From contig JAYZFK010000086.1 of assembly GCA_036336835.1 (NCBI GenBank), positions 1-19,391 of the forward strand: a DNA stretch of 19,391 nt. The letters are read 5' to 3'. Within the stretch, counting starts at the first letter, position 1; each line of letters starts with the position of its first letter. A program made the translations under genes and the position numbers. Shown piece after piece: positions 1 to 8,652 of the stretch. The DNA is from Myxococcota bacterium (GTDB lineage Bacteria; Myxococcota_A; UBA9160; UBA4427). The notes below the pieces were generated by a model. That model was not told the DNA's origin and did not search any database. It worked only from the letters and a program-made list of their open reading frames with translations.

Positions 1-1
1 C

Positions 2-274
2 ATGGGGCGCAACGGGCCGTGGATCGGCGGGCCGCTCGAGGAGCGGCCGACCGCGATCGCCCGGCGCCACGTCGTCGTCACACCGTACCCGGAGGACGAC
101 GTGGCGAGCCTGGTGGAGGCCGTGGGCCACCAGATGATCGCTCTCGGCTCGGACTACCCGCATGCCGAGGGGATGGCCGAGCCGCGTGATTTCCAGAAAC
201 AGATCGCCCATCTTCCGGCGGAACAGCAGCGCTGGATATTGCGGGACAACGGGTTCAGTCTGGTCGGTGGATGA
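2..274 (+). CDS. Amidohydrolase family protein (Amidohydro_2-like), C-terminal part; gene probably begins before the window
   Basis: TPYPEDD...LGSDYPHAEG...WILRDN matches the C-terminus of the full-length amidohydrolase at 4236-5432 (TPFFEDD...FGSDWPHPEG...VMREN). Confidence 0.85.
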   Translation: MGRNGPWIGGPLEERPTAIARRHVVVTPYPEDDVASLVEAVGHQMIALGSDYPHAEGMAEPRDFQKQIAHLPAEQQRWILRDNGFSLVGG

Positions 275-349
275 AGGGCGAAGCGCGCTTGGGTCCGGCT
301 TCGCGGCCCGATCAGCCAGGCCGCGGACGCCCGAACGAAGGAGTCTTCC

Positions 350-1477
350 GTGCGAACCAAGCTAGCCGACGACCTCGGGCTCGAGTTTCCCATCTTCGCC
401 TTTACCCACTGCCGTGACGTCGCGGCCGCGGTCTCGAAGGCCGGCGGACTCGGTGTGCTCGGTGTGGCCGGGCACTCGATGAAGAACCTGAAGGCCGAGC
501 TCGAGTGGATCGAGAGCGAGGTCGGCGACAAGCCCTACGGCGTGGATCTGCTGCTCCCCACGAAGTTCGTCGGTAGCGATCGCGGCGGTCTCGACGCGGA
601 CCAGCTGGACGAGCTCATCTCGGACGAGCACCGGAAGTTCGTCGACCGCTTGCTCGAGGAGCACAAGGTGCCGCCGCTACCGCCGGACGTGGAGGTCTCA
701 GGCGGGCTCACCGTTGGGTACGAGCAGCAGCGCGACGTGATCGAGCTGGCCTTCCAGCACCCGATCAGCCTGATCGCCTCGGCGCTCGGGCCGCCGCCGT
801 CCTGGATGATCGAGCAGGGCCGAGAGCACGGGGTGAAGGTGGCCGCGCTGGCCGGCACGGTCGAGCACGCGCGACGCCACGTCGAGGCGGGCGTCGACAT
901 CGTGGTGGCGCAGGGGTACGAGGCGGGTGGCCACACCGGCACGGTGTCGACGATGGTGCTCGTGCCCGAAGTGGTCGATGCGGTGAGTCCAATTCCGGTA
1001 TTGGCCGCGGGCGGCATCGGCAACGGTCGCCAGCTCACCGCCTCGCTGGCGCTCGGCGCCCAGGGCATCTGGGCCGGCTCGGTCTGGCTCACCACCGAAG
1101 AGGCCGAGACGCATCCCGTCGTCAAGCGGAAGTTCCTCGAGGCGAGCTCGAGCGACACCGTCCGCAGCCGCTCGATCACCGGGAAGCCGGCGCGCCAGCT
1201 GCGCAGTGCCTGGACCGACGCGTGGGATGATCCGTCGAACCCGGATCCGCTGCCCATGCCGCTCCAGCCGCGCCTCGTCGGCGAGGCGCAGGCGCGCATC
1301 CAGCGCACTGCGCACAACAACAAGGGCGCCGAGCAGCTCTCGAACTACTTCGTGGGGCAAATCGTGGGATCGATGAACCACGTGAAGTCGGTGCGCAATG
1401 TGATGGAAGAGTTCGCCGTCGAGTACGCGGACACCATGGAGCGCCTGGAAGAGCTTGCGGACGGGGAGGAGTCATGA
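350..1477 (+). CDS. Nitronate monooxygenase / FabK-like FMN-dependent oxidoreductase
   Basis: GTG start after AAGGAG. Motifs AAAVSKAGGLG, VAQGYEAGGHTG (catalytic His), VLAAGGIG and GQIVG. The N-terminus FPIFAFTHCRDV resembles mycobacterial Rv1894c-type proteins (from memory). Confidence 0.9.
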   Translation: MRTKLADDLGLEFPIFAFTHCRDVAAAVSKAGGLGVLGVAGHSMKNLKAELEWIESEVGDKPYGVDLLLPTKFVGSDRGGLDADQLDELISDEHRKFVDRLLEEHKVPPLPPDVEVSGGLTVGYEQQRDVIELAFQHPISLIASALGPPPSWMIEQGREHGVKVAALAGTVEHARRHVEAGVDIVVAQGYEAGGHTGTVSTMVLVPEVVDAVSPIPVLAAGGIGNGRQLTASLALGAQGIWAGSVWLTTEEAETHPVVKRKFLEASSSDTVRSRSITGKPARQLRSAWTDAWDDPSNPDPLPMPLQPRLVGEAQARIQRTAHNNKGAEQLSNYFVGQIVGSMNHVKSVRNVMEEFAVEYADTMERLEELADGEES

Positions 1478-2478
1478 AGATCGATACCGGCCTGGGCAGC
1501 TCGCTGGGCACGATCGTCGAGCAGGCAAAGCAGCTCGAGGAGCAGGGGTTCGACGGCGTGGTGACCGCGGAGATGAGCGGCGATCCATTCCTTCCGCTGC
1601 TCCTGGCCGCGGAGCACACCGAGCGCATCGAGCTGATGACCTCGATCGCGGTGGCCTTCTCGCGCAATCCCATGATCCTGGCGAACCTGGGCAACGATCT
1701 GCAGGCCTACTCGAACGGCCGCTTCATCCTCGGCATCGGCTCGCAGATCGCGCCGCACATCACCCGTCGCTTCAGCATGCCCTGGTCGCAGCCCGCGGCA
1801 CGCATGCGCGAGTTCATTCTGGCGATGAGGGCGATCTGGCGCTGCTGGTACCAGGGTGAGAAGCTCGACTTTCGCGGCGACTTCTACACGCACACGTTGA
1901 TGACACCGATGTTCACGCCGTCGAACAACCCGCACGGTGCACCCCGGGTCGTGCTCGCGGCGGTCGGTCCCAGGATGACCCAGGTGGCGGGCGAGGTCGC
2001 CGACGGCATGCTGGTGCACGCGTTCACCACCAGCCGCTACCTGCAGGACACGACGCTTCCGGCGCTCGAAAAGGGCTTCGCCGAGGGCGGGCGCCAGCGC
2101 GAGGATTTCGAGCTCTGCTACCCGGCGTTCGTCGTCACGGGCAAGGACGAGCGCGAGTGGGAGGCGGCGCGCACGGCTGTCAGCCGTCAGATCGGGTTCT
2201 ACGGATCGACGCCCGCGTACCGCGGCGTGCTCGAGGCCCACGGCTGGGGTGCGCTGCAGGAGGAGCTCAACGTGCTCTCGAAGCGCGGTGAGTGGCAGAC
2301 GATGGGCGAGCGGATTACCGACGAGATGCTCGAGGAGTTCGCCGTCGTGGCCGAGCCGCACCGCATTGCTTCGGCGCTCAAGACGCGTTTCGGAGGCCTG
2401 GTGGACCGCTTGCTCTGCACCTTCCCGTTTGCCACGGAGACGGAGCGCCAGAGCTTCTTCGAAGAGCTCCGAACCTGA
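1474..2478 (+). CDS. LLM-class probable F420-dependent oxidoreductase (TIGR03617 / MSMEG_2256-like)
   Basis: ATGA overlap with the upstream gene. Motifs AE..DPF, TSIAVAFSRNP, GRFILGIGSQI.PHITRRFSMPWS, FYTHTLMTPMF, AAVGP.M, HAFT and FYGSTPAY. Confidence 0.88.
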   Translation: MKIDTGLGSSLGTIVEQAKQLEEQGFDGVVTAEMSGDPFLPLLLAAEHTERIELMTSIAVAFSRNPMILANLGNDLQAYSNGRFILGIGSQIAPHITRRFSMPWSQPAARMREFILAMRAIWRCWYQGEKLDFRGDFYTHTLMTPMFTPSNNPHGAPRVVLAAVGPRMTQVAGEVADGMLVHAFTTSRYLQDTTLPALEKGFAEGGRQREDFELCYPAFVVTGKDEREWEAARTAVSRQIGFYGSTPAYRGVLEAHGWGALQEELNVLSKRGEWQTMGERITDEMLEEFAVVAEPHRIASALKTRFGGLVDRLLCTFPFATETERQSFFEELRT

Positions 2479-2528
2479 AGAGGAGGCCGCGCGGTGCCGC
2501 ATGCACCACGGTTGTCTCTCGCTTGCGA

Positions 2529-2557
2529 TTGACGCGCGCGCCGTGGACCGTCATAAG
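2529..2557 (+). promoter_or_regulatory. Possible sigma70-type promoter for the hydrolase gene
   Basis: TTGACG (2529-2534), a 17-nt spacer, then CATAAG (2552-2557). The -10 match is poor. Confidence 0.25.
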
Positions 2558-2598
2558 GGAGGGGTTCACGGCGCGATCCGCGCGCCGCCGGAGTCTGC

Positions 2599-3561
2599 AT
2601 GTACCTGAATTCCTTCTCCGAAGGGCTCGCGCCGCTCGACATGACGGCGCTCGAGGAGTTCGAGAGCCTGCTCGCGAGCGCGCGGGATCTCGGCATCTCG
2701 CACCCCGCCGAGGTTCGCTACCAGTCGCGCAACACGGTGATCGCCCACCAGCGCTTCCACTTCCTCGAGTGGGGCGACCCGGACGCGCCACCCCTGGTGC
2801 TGCTCCACGGCGGGAATCAGTCCGCTCACTCGTGGGATCTGGTGAGCCTGCACCTCGCCGACCGCTACCGCGTGCTCGCCCTCGATCAGCGCGGTCACGG
2901 CGACTCCGAGTGGAACCGCGGCGCCGACTACTCCATCGAGACGATGGCGGGCGACGTCGAGGCTTTCCTCGATGTCTGCGCGATCGAGAGCCCGGTGATC
3001 TTCGGGCACTCGATGGGCGGCATGGTGACGCTGGCCCTCACCCATCGGTGTCCGGAGCTCGCGCGCGCCGCCGTGCTGATCGACGTCGGCCCCGAGATCA
3101 GCGAGACCGGCACCCGGATGATCGGCGAGTTCGTGCACCGCAACATCGAGTTCGACGACATGGAGGAGTTTCTCGACCGTGTCGAGCAGTACGATCCCTA
3201 CCGCAAGCGCGCACACATGGAACGGACGCTCAAGTACAACCTGCTGCGCCGGGCGGACGGCCGCTATGTGAGCAAGACCGACCGCCGCCGCTTCTTTCCG
3301 AAGGACGAGGGCGGAGGTCCGCGCCTCCGTGGCGCGCCGGGGCTCGATGAGCTCGGCGTCCTGAAGCTGCCGGTGCTGGTGGTGCGCGGCGGCGAGTCGA
3401 ACGTCCTGCTGCCCGAGCCGGCCGAGCGATTTGCAGCAGCGCTGCCGCAGGGCCGCCTCGTCACGGTACCCGCGTGCGGGCACAACGTGCACTCCCAGAA
3501 CACGCTCGGCTTTCTCGAGGCGATCGAGCCCTTCCTGGACTCGCTGCGGACGCGCCGCTGA
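2599..3561 (+). CDS. Alpha/beta-fold hydrolase
   Basis: LLHGG oxyanion motif, ALDQRGHGDS, nucleophile elbow GHSMGG, C-terminal catalytic His in CGHNVH. GGAG lies upstream of the ATG. Confidence 0.92.
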   Translation: MYLNSFSEGLAPLDMTALEEFESLLASARDLGISHPAEVRYQSRNTVIAHQRFHFLEWGDPDAPPLVLLHGGNQSAHSWDLVSLHLADRYRVLALDQRGHGDSEWNRGADYSIETMAGDVEAFLDVCAIESPVIFGHSMGGMVTLALTHRCPELARAAVLIDVGPEISETGTRMIGEFVHRNIEFDDMEEFLDRVEQYDPYRKRAHMERTLKYNLLRRADGRYVSKTDRRRFFPKDEGGGPRLRGAPGLDELGVLKLPVLVVRGGESNVLLPEPAERFAAALPQGRLVTVPACGHNVHSQNTLGFLEAIEPFLDSLRTRR

Positions 3562-3610
3562 TCGAGCCTCGTCCGGCGATCCCAACGAAACCCCACGAAA
3601 GGAGAACCCC

Positions 3611-4057
3611 ATGGCCAGCTTCAACGAGATTCCCTGGATTGCTGAGCACATCGCGCTCTACCAGAGCGACCCCGAGAAGGCGCGCATGTGGGATTCGGGG
3701 CCGCTCGGCGGTCCCGGTCTGCTGCCGACCCTGCTGCTCACGACGACGGGAAGGAAGTCGGGCGAGCCGCGCGCGCTTCCTCTGATCTACGGCGAGGTGG
3801 GGGACAGCTACGTGATCATCGCCTCGAAGGGCGGCATGCCGAGCCACCCCATCTGGTACCTGAACCTCGAGGCGAATCCCGCTTGTGAGCTGATGGTGGG
3901 CGCCAAGGCGGTCGCCGCCCGGGCGCGGGTTGCCGAGGGCGAGGAGCGCGAGCGCATCTGGGAGCAGATGGCCGAGCTGTATCCGCCCTACAACGAGTAC
4001 CAGGAGCGCGCCGGAGCGCGCACGATCCCCGTGGTGGTGCTCGATCCCGTGGACTGA
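3611..4057 (+). CDS. Deazaflavin (F420H2)-dependent nitroreductase/quinone reductase family protein (Ddn-like, FDOR-A)
   Basis: True start is ATG 3611 after AAAGGAG (148 aa). Motifs LLLTTTGRKSGEPR, IASKGG..HP.WYLNL.ANP and YQER..RTIPVVVL. Confidence 0.92.
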   Translation: MASFNEIPWIAEHIALYQSDPEKARMWDSGPLGGPGLLPTLLLTTTGRKSGEPRALPLIYGEVGDSYVIIASKGGMPSHPIWYLNLEANPACELMVGAKAVAARARVAEGEERERIWEQMAELYPPYNEYQERAGARTIPVVVLDPVD

Positions 4058-4235
4058 GATCGGGAATGCGGAGGCGAATCTCGCAGCCTGCTACCAGGCC
4101 TGCGCCCGCGCGGGTTTCGAGGCCCTCGGGCATCGTCTGCTAGTCGCGAGCCTAGAGGATCGCGGCTGTGGGGCGTAGACTGGCGCCGAATTCGAAACCC
4201 GCTCCTGCGCCGGGCGCGAGCTGGAGGTCCCGACG

Positions 4236-5432
4236 ATGTCGTCTCTCGATTTCGTGCCGGTCGACGCCGACAACCACTACTACGAGCCGCACGATTGCTG
4301 CACGCGCCACCTCGAGCGCAAGTTCCTCGACCAGGGCCGCGCGTGTCACGTCGAGCAGAGCGAGGACGGTGAGAGTCTCTGGTACTTCGGCGATCGCCCG
4401 CTGAGCTTCCACCGCACCACGCGCGACATGGTGCTGCCGCCGGGCGCCTACCGCCCCTTCATGGCGGGCACGGCCGACCCGTCGAAGCCTCCCAAGCTGA
4501 TGAGCTCCGACGTTCCCCAGTTTCGCGACCGGGACGCGCGGCTGAAGACGCTCGACAAGCAGGGCGTCGAGGCGGCGATCCTGCTGCCGAGCTTCGGGAT
4601 CGCCTTCGAGGACGACGCGGTTCACGACCCGGAGGCGATGCTCGCGAACATGCGCGCATTCAACCGCTTCGTCGAGGACGACTGGGGCTACGCTCACCAG
4701 AACCGGATCTTCGGCTTCCCTCACCTGTCGCTGGTCGATCTCGACTGGGCGGTCGACGAGCTCGAGCGGGTCCTGGCACTCGGCGCCCGCGGCGTGATCC
4801 TGCGCGCGGGTCCCGTCTACGGCCGCTCGCCGGCAGACCCGTACTTCGATCCCTTCTGGGCCCGCGTCGAGGAGGCCGCGGCGCTGGTCGCGGTTCACAT
4901 CGGGGTCAGCGGATACAACCGCTTCTTCGGTGTGCACTGGGGCGAGAACCCGGACGTCTCCGAGCGCGAGATGTCCCCCTTCCAGTTCTACACCTGCTTT
5001 GGCGCGCGTCCGATTCAGGACACGCTCGCGGCCTTTGTCCTGCACGGCCTGTTCGATCGCTTCCCCCGCCTGCGGGTCGCGAGCATCGAGAACGGCAGCG
5101 AGTGGGTGCCGGCGCTGCTGAAGGCGCTCGACAAGCTCACCCGGATGCGCGTCTCGTCACAGGGCGCGGCCAAGAGCGGTCGCCCCGCGCGGCTCGGCAG
5201 CGAAGTGTTCCGCGAGCACATCTACGTGACGCCCTTCTTCGAGGACGACGTGTACCAGCTGGTCGATGCGCTAGGCGCCGAGCGCGTGCTCTTCGGCTCG
5301 GACTGGCCGCATCCCGAAGGTATCGCGGCTCCGCTCGACTTCCTCGAAGAGGTCGCCGAGCTGCCGTCTCACCAGCTGAGGCTGGTGATGCGCGAGAACA
5401 CGGCTGCACTGCTCGGATTGTCCTCGGACTGA
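4236..5432 (+). CDS. Amidohydrolase family protein (Amidohydro_2-like)
   Basis: GGAGG RBS, N-terminal DADNH metal motif, AFNRF, DPFWARVEE, VAVH, FDRFPRLRV.SIENG and FGSDWPHPEG. Confidence 0.9.
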   Translation: MSSLDFVPVDADNHYYEPHDCCTRHLERKFLDQGRACHVEQSEDGESLWYFGDRPLSFHRTTRDMVLPPGAYRPFMAGTADPSKPPKLMSSDVPQFRDRDARLKTLDKQGVEAAILLPSFGIAFEDDAVHDPEAMLANMRAFNRFVEDDWGYAHQNRIFGFPHLSLVDLDWAVDELERVLALGARGVILRAGPVYGRSPADPYFDPFWARVEEAAALVAVHIGVSGYNRFFGVHWGENPDVSEREMSPFQFYTCFGARPIQDTLAAFVLHGLFDRFPRLRVASIENGSEWVPALLKALDKLTRMRVSSQGAAKSGRPARLGSEVFREHIYVTPFFEDDVYQLVDALGAERVLFGSDWPHPEGIAAPLDFLEEVAELPSHQLRLVMRENTAALLGLSSD

Positions 5433-5516
5433 GCCCATCCGGGCGCGCGGGCTGCGCACGAGCCCCACCTGCGTGCTCCCCTGTGTGGTCGGCTCCTGCT
5501 GGACCGGGTCGCGCTG

Positions 5517-5522
5517 TATAGT
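5517..5522 (+). promoter_or_regulatory. Candidate -10 element for the first P450 gene
   Basis: TATAGT is an AT-rich hexamer in a GC-rich intergenic stretch, about 50 nt before the start codon. Confidence 0.4.
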
Positions 5523-5573
5523 CGCGAAGTGTGTCGAGCCCGCCGTGAAGGCGGACGCTCCGCGGAGGTGAGC

Positions 5574-6827
5574 GTGGCATCCGCCCCGAGACTCGAGGAG
5601 ATCGAGTTCATCGATCCGGATCGGTATGCGCGAGACGGCTATCCGCACGCGGAGTGGAGCCTGCTGCGACGCGAGGCGCCCGTCTACTGGTTCGACCGCA
5701 GCGAGGGCGAGCACTTCTGGGCGATCACGAAGCACGAGGACATCGTCTTCATCAGCAAGCGGCCCGATCTCTTCATCAGCGACCCGACGCTCGTCGTCCA
5801 GTTGACGCCGTTCGAGAAGCGCCGCGTCCAGATCCCGAAGAGCCTGATCGATTTCGATCCGCCGAAGCACGGGCCGCAGCGCAAGATCATCACCAAGGGC
5901 TTCACGCCGCGGGCCCTGCGCCGCTGGCACGCCGACATCGAGCGCATTGCAAAGGGGGTGGTGAACGACCTGTTCGAGCAGGGCGACGAGGGCGAGTGCG
6001 ACTTCGTCGAGACGATCTCCGCGCCGCTGCCGATCGCGGTGATCGGCTGGCTGCTCGGCGTGCCGGAGCCCGACTGGCCGAAGCTCTTCCAGTGGACGAA
6101 CCGCATCCTCGGTGCCCACGATCCGGAGTACCGCAACCACGACACCCCGGGCGAGACCGTGCGCGCGGCACAGGGCGAGCTCTTCGACTACTTCGCACAT
6201 CTCCTGGCGAAGCGGCGTCGCGAGCCGCAGGACGACCTGGTCAGCCTGTTCGCTCATGCGGAGGTCGAGGGCGAGCGGCTCTCCGACCACGAGGTGCTGG
6301 TCTGGTGCAATCTGATCGTGACGGCGGGCAACGAGACGACGCGCAATGCGACGACCGGCGGCATGCTCGCGCTGATCGAGCACCGCGAGGCCCTGCGCCG
6401 GCTGCAGGCCGAGCCGGGTCTGCTGCGCAACGCGGTCGAGGAGATCCTGCGCTGGACGAGCCCGATCATCCACTTTGCGCGCACCGCCACGCGCGACGTC
6501 GAGGTCCGCGGGCAGAAGATTGCCGAGGGAGAGATCGTGGCGCTGTTCTATCCCTCGGCAAACCGCGACGACGACGTCTTCGAGGCGCCGTTCGAGTTCC
6601 GGATCGAGCGCAAGCCAAATCGCCATCTCGCCTTCGGAATCGGCGAGCACTTCTGCGCCGGAGCTCACGTCGCGCGGCTCGAGATCGAGTACGCGATGCG
6701 CTTCCTGCTTCCGCGCATCGACGACATCGAGCTCGCCGGTCCGCCCGCTCGTCTCCGCTCGAACCTGCTCGGTGGCATCAAGCACCTGCCGATCCGCTAC
6801 AAGCTCCGACCGGAGACGAGCAACTAG
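5574..6827 (+). CDS. Cytochrome P450 (CYP124/125/126-like methyl-branched lipid or sterol hydroxylase group)
   Basis: GTG 5574 after GGAGG. I-helix AGNETT, K-helix EEILR, YPSANRD and heme motif FGIGEHFCAG. Subfamily assignment is by resemblance only. Confidence 0.93.
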   Translation: MASAPRLEEIEFIDPDRYARDGYPHAEWSLLRREAPVYWFDRSEGEHFWAITKHEDIVFISKRPDLFISDPTLVVQLTPFEKRRVQIPKSLIDFDPPKHGPQRKIITKGFTPRALRRWHADIERIAKGVVNDLFEQGDEGECDFVETISAPLPIAVIGWLLGVPEPDWPKLFQWTNRILGAHDPEYRNHDTPGETVRAAQGELFDYFAHLLAKRRREPQDDLVSLFAHAEVEGERLSDHEVLVWCNLIVTAGNETTRNATTGGMLALIEHREALRRLQAEPGLLRNAVEEILRWTSPIIHFARTATRDVEVRGQKIAEGEIVALFYPSANRDDDVFEAPFEFRIERKPNRHLAFGIGEHFCAGAHVARLEIEYAMRFLLPRIDDIELAGPPARLRSNLLGGIKHLPIRYKLRPETSN

Positions 6828-6946
6828 TCCGCCCGCTCGGATGACCCGCGACCGGCGAGACCGCGATCGATCGCGAGCCCGGGTTTGCGCGCCGGACGCA
6901 CGCCTGGGCTACCATCAGCGAGCGCGCCGCCCACACGGAGCCCCCT

Positions 6947-7696
6947 ATGGCGCAGGAAATCGAACCGAGAGCTGGACGCGACTGGCGGGGCGCCCGTCGC
7001 GCGCTGCGCGAGCTGATTCGCGACCCCGAGCGAACAGACGCTGTCTTCGACCTGATCGAGGCGCTGAACCGCCGGCAGGACGAAAAAGCACTCGCCAAGT
7101 ACGCGGCCGATCCCAGGGGCAGGCGCTTGCTGGCGGAGCGTCCGGACCTGCTGGCCGCGCTGGTGGACCACGCGAGCCTGGCCCGGCTGCCCGAAGGCAG
7201 CCTGGGTCGCCGCTACCTCGACTTCGTGCGCGCGAACGGAATCACCGCAGAGGGCCTGGTGGAGGCCGACGAGGGTCGCGCGGTGCGGCTCGCGCGCGGC
7301 GACGACTCTGCTCCCGCCTACCTCGACCGGCGCGGTCGCGATTGCCACGACCTGTGGCACGTGCTCACCGGCTACGGCACCGACCAGGCCGGCGAGGTCT
7401 CGGTCCTGGCCTTCACCTGCGGCCGCTACCCGAGCGCCGGACTGCTGCTGCTCGTCGCGACGGGCGCAGTCCTGGGGCCGCGAACCTGGGACTTCTACTG
7501 GCAGCGCTACCTGTGGCGCGCCTATCGCCGGGGCTGGAAGGCCGACCTCGACTACGCGTCCTACGAGGAGTGGCTCGCACTGCCCCTCGACGAGGTGCGG
7601 CGGCGGGCGAGCATCGAGCCGGCGGAGCGGGCCCACCCCGGCGGCATCATCGCGGGTACTCGCGGCAAGGACGGCGAGATCGCGGTAGCCGGCTGA
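6947..7696 (+). CDS. Coq4-family protein
   Basis: LARLPEGSLGRRY followed by HDLWH-VLTGYGTDQAG-E, which is the Coq4 HDxxH-x11-E metal motif. C-terminal YEEWLALPLDEVRRR. GGAG RBS and TACCAT at 6910-6915. Confidence 0.85.
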   Translation: MAQEIEPRAGRDWRGARRALRELIRDPERTDAVFDLIEALNRRQDEKALAKYAADPRGRRLLAERPDLLAALVDHASLARLPEGSLGRRYLDFVRANGITAEGLVEADEGRAVRLARGDDSAPAYLDRRGRDCHDLWHVLTGYGTDQAGEVSVLAFTCGRYPSAGLLLLVATGAVLGPRTWDFYWQRYLWRAYRRGWKADLDYASYEEWLALPLDEVRRRASIEPAERAHPGGIIAGTRGKDGEIAVAG

Positions 7697-7710
7697 GCAG
7701 CGCCTCCAGC

Positions 7711-7732
7711 CAGGGCGGCGTGTGCCGCACTG
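7711..7732. terminator. GC-rich hairpin between convergent genes (possible terminator or mRNA end)
   Basis: CAG-G-GCGGC / GTGT loop / GCCGC-A-CTG. No U-tract. Confidence 0.25.
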
Positions 7733-7747
7733 CCTGCCAAGTGGGGG

Positions 7748-8527
7748 TCAGCGGGCGGAGTAGCCGCCGTCGACCGGAAGCGTGACGCCCGTGATGAACG
7801 ACGCACGGTCGCTCGACAGGAAGACCACCGCGTCGGCGATCTCCTCGGGGCGTCCGAGCCGGCCCATCGGGTGGAGAGCCTCGTAGCCGCTCTGGATGAC
7901 CGAGCCGTCGCGGATCATCTCGGTCATCGGCGTGTGGATGTAGCCGGGCGCGACCGCATTGACGCGCACACCGCGCTCGGCGTAGGTGATCGCATACTGC
8001 CGCGTCATGCCGACGACTGCGTGCTTCGACGCGATGTAGGCGACGCCGCCACCTTCCGCGAAGCCCTCTCCCATCGGCATCGGCGTCACGAGACCCTGCA
8101 GCCCCGCGATCGACGCGGTGTTGACGATCGCGCCGCCGCCGCGCTCGGCGAGCAGTGCGGCGCCGTGCCGCAGTCCGTAGTAGACACCGTTCAGGTTGAC
8201 GTCGAGCGTGCGCTCGTAGTCGATGTTGCCGATGCCCGCGTTGTTGAACAGGATGTCGAAGCCGCCGAGCGCATCGAGGGTCTGCTCCAGGCTCTTCTCG
8301 ACGGAGGCCTCGTCCGTGACGTCGAGCTGCAGCGAGGCGGCGCGGCCACCGGATCCGGCGATCGTCTCCGACGTGGCCTTCGCACCCTCGCCGTCGATGT
8401 CGGCGCACATCACCGCCGCGCCCACCTCGGCGAGGCGGATCGAGGTGACGCGACCGATTCCGGACGCAGCTCCGGTAACCAGCGCGACCTTGTCGCTGAG
8501 ATCGATCATCTGCCTGGCGTCGCTCAT
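7748..8527 (-). CDS. Classical short-chain dehydrogenase/reductase, probably NAD-dependent
   Basis: TGAASGIG, acidic CADID, NNAG, NTAS, YIASK, VNAVAPG and VDGG. GAGGA RBS. Confidence 0.93.
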   Translation of the reverse strand: MSDARQMIDLSDKVALVTGAASGIGRVTSIRLAEVGAAVMCADIDGEGAKATSETIAGSGGRAASLQLDVTDEASVEKSLEQTLDALGGFDILFNNAGIGNIDYERTLDVNLNGVYYGLRHGAALLAERGGGAIVNTASIAGLQGLVTPMPMGEGFAEGGGVAYIASKHAVVGMTRQYAITYAERGVRVNAVAPGYIHTPMTEMIRDGSVIQSGYEALHPMGRLGRPEEIADAVVFLSSDRASFITGVTLPVDGGYSAR

Positions 8528-8652
8528 GCTGGTTTCCTCGCGAAAGGGTTTGCGGGCGCCCGGGCTCGGGCTGGACCCATCTTCTCACCTTCTGACCTGT
8601 CCGTGGGCTGGGAAACGACTGGTATCACGAGCGGGTGCGGTGCCTCGCGATT

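Noticed and set aside
278..304. Inverted repeat GCGAAGC/GCTTCGC and palindrome AAGCGCGCTT as a terminator
   Set aside because: Long loop, no U-tract, located between co-oriented genes, and plausible by chance at this GC content.
1345..6785. Long antisense ORFs (1345..2502, 2566..3651, 4152..5045, 5271..6785 and similar ones later in the window)
   Set aside because: These are typical shadow ORFs of high-GC coding DNA, have no motifs, and lie opposite well-supported genes.
8622..8629. CGTGATAC shared upstream of two minus-strand units (also at about 10481-10488)
   Set aside because: Only 8 bp and two copies. It may just reflect extended -10-like sequence.
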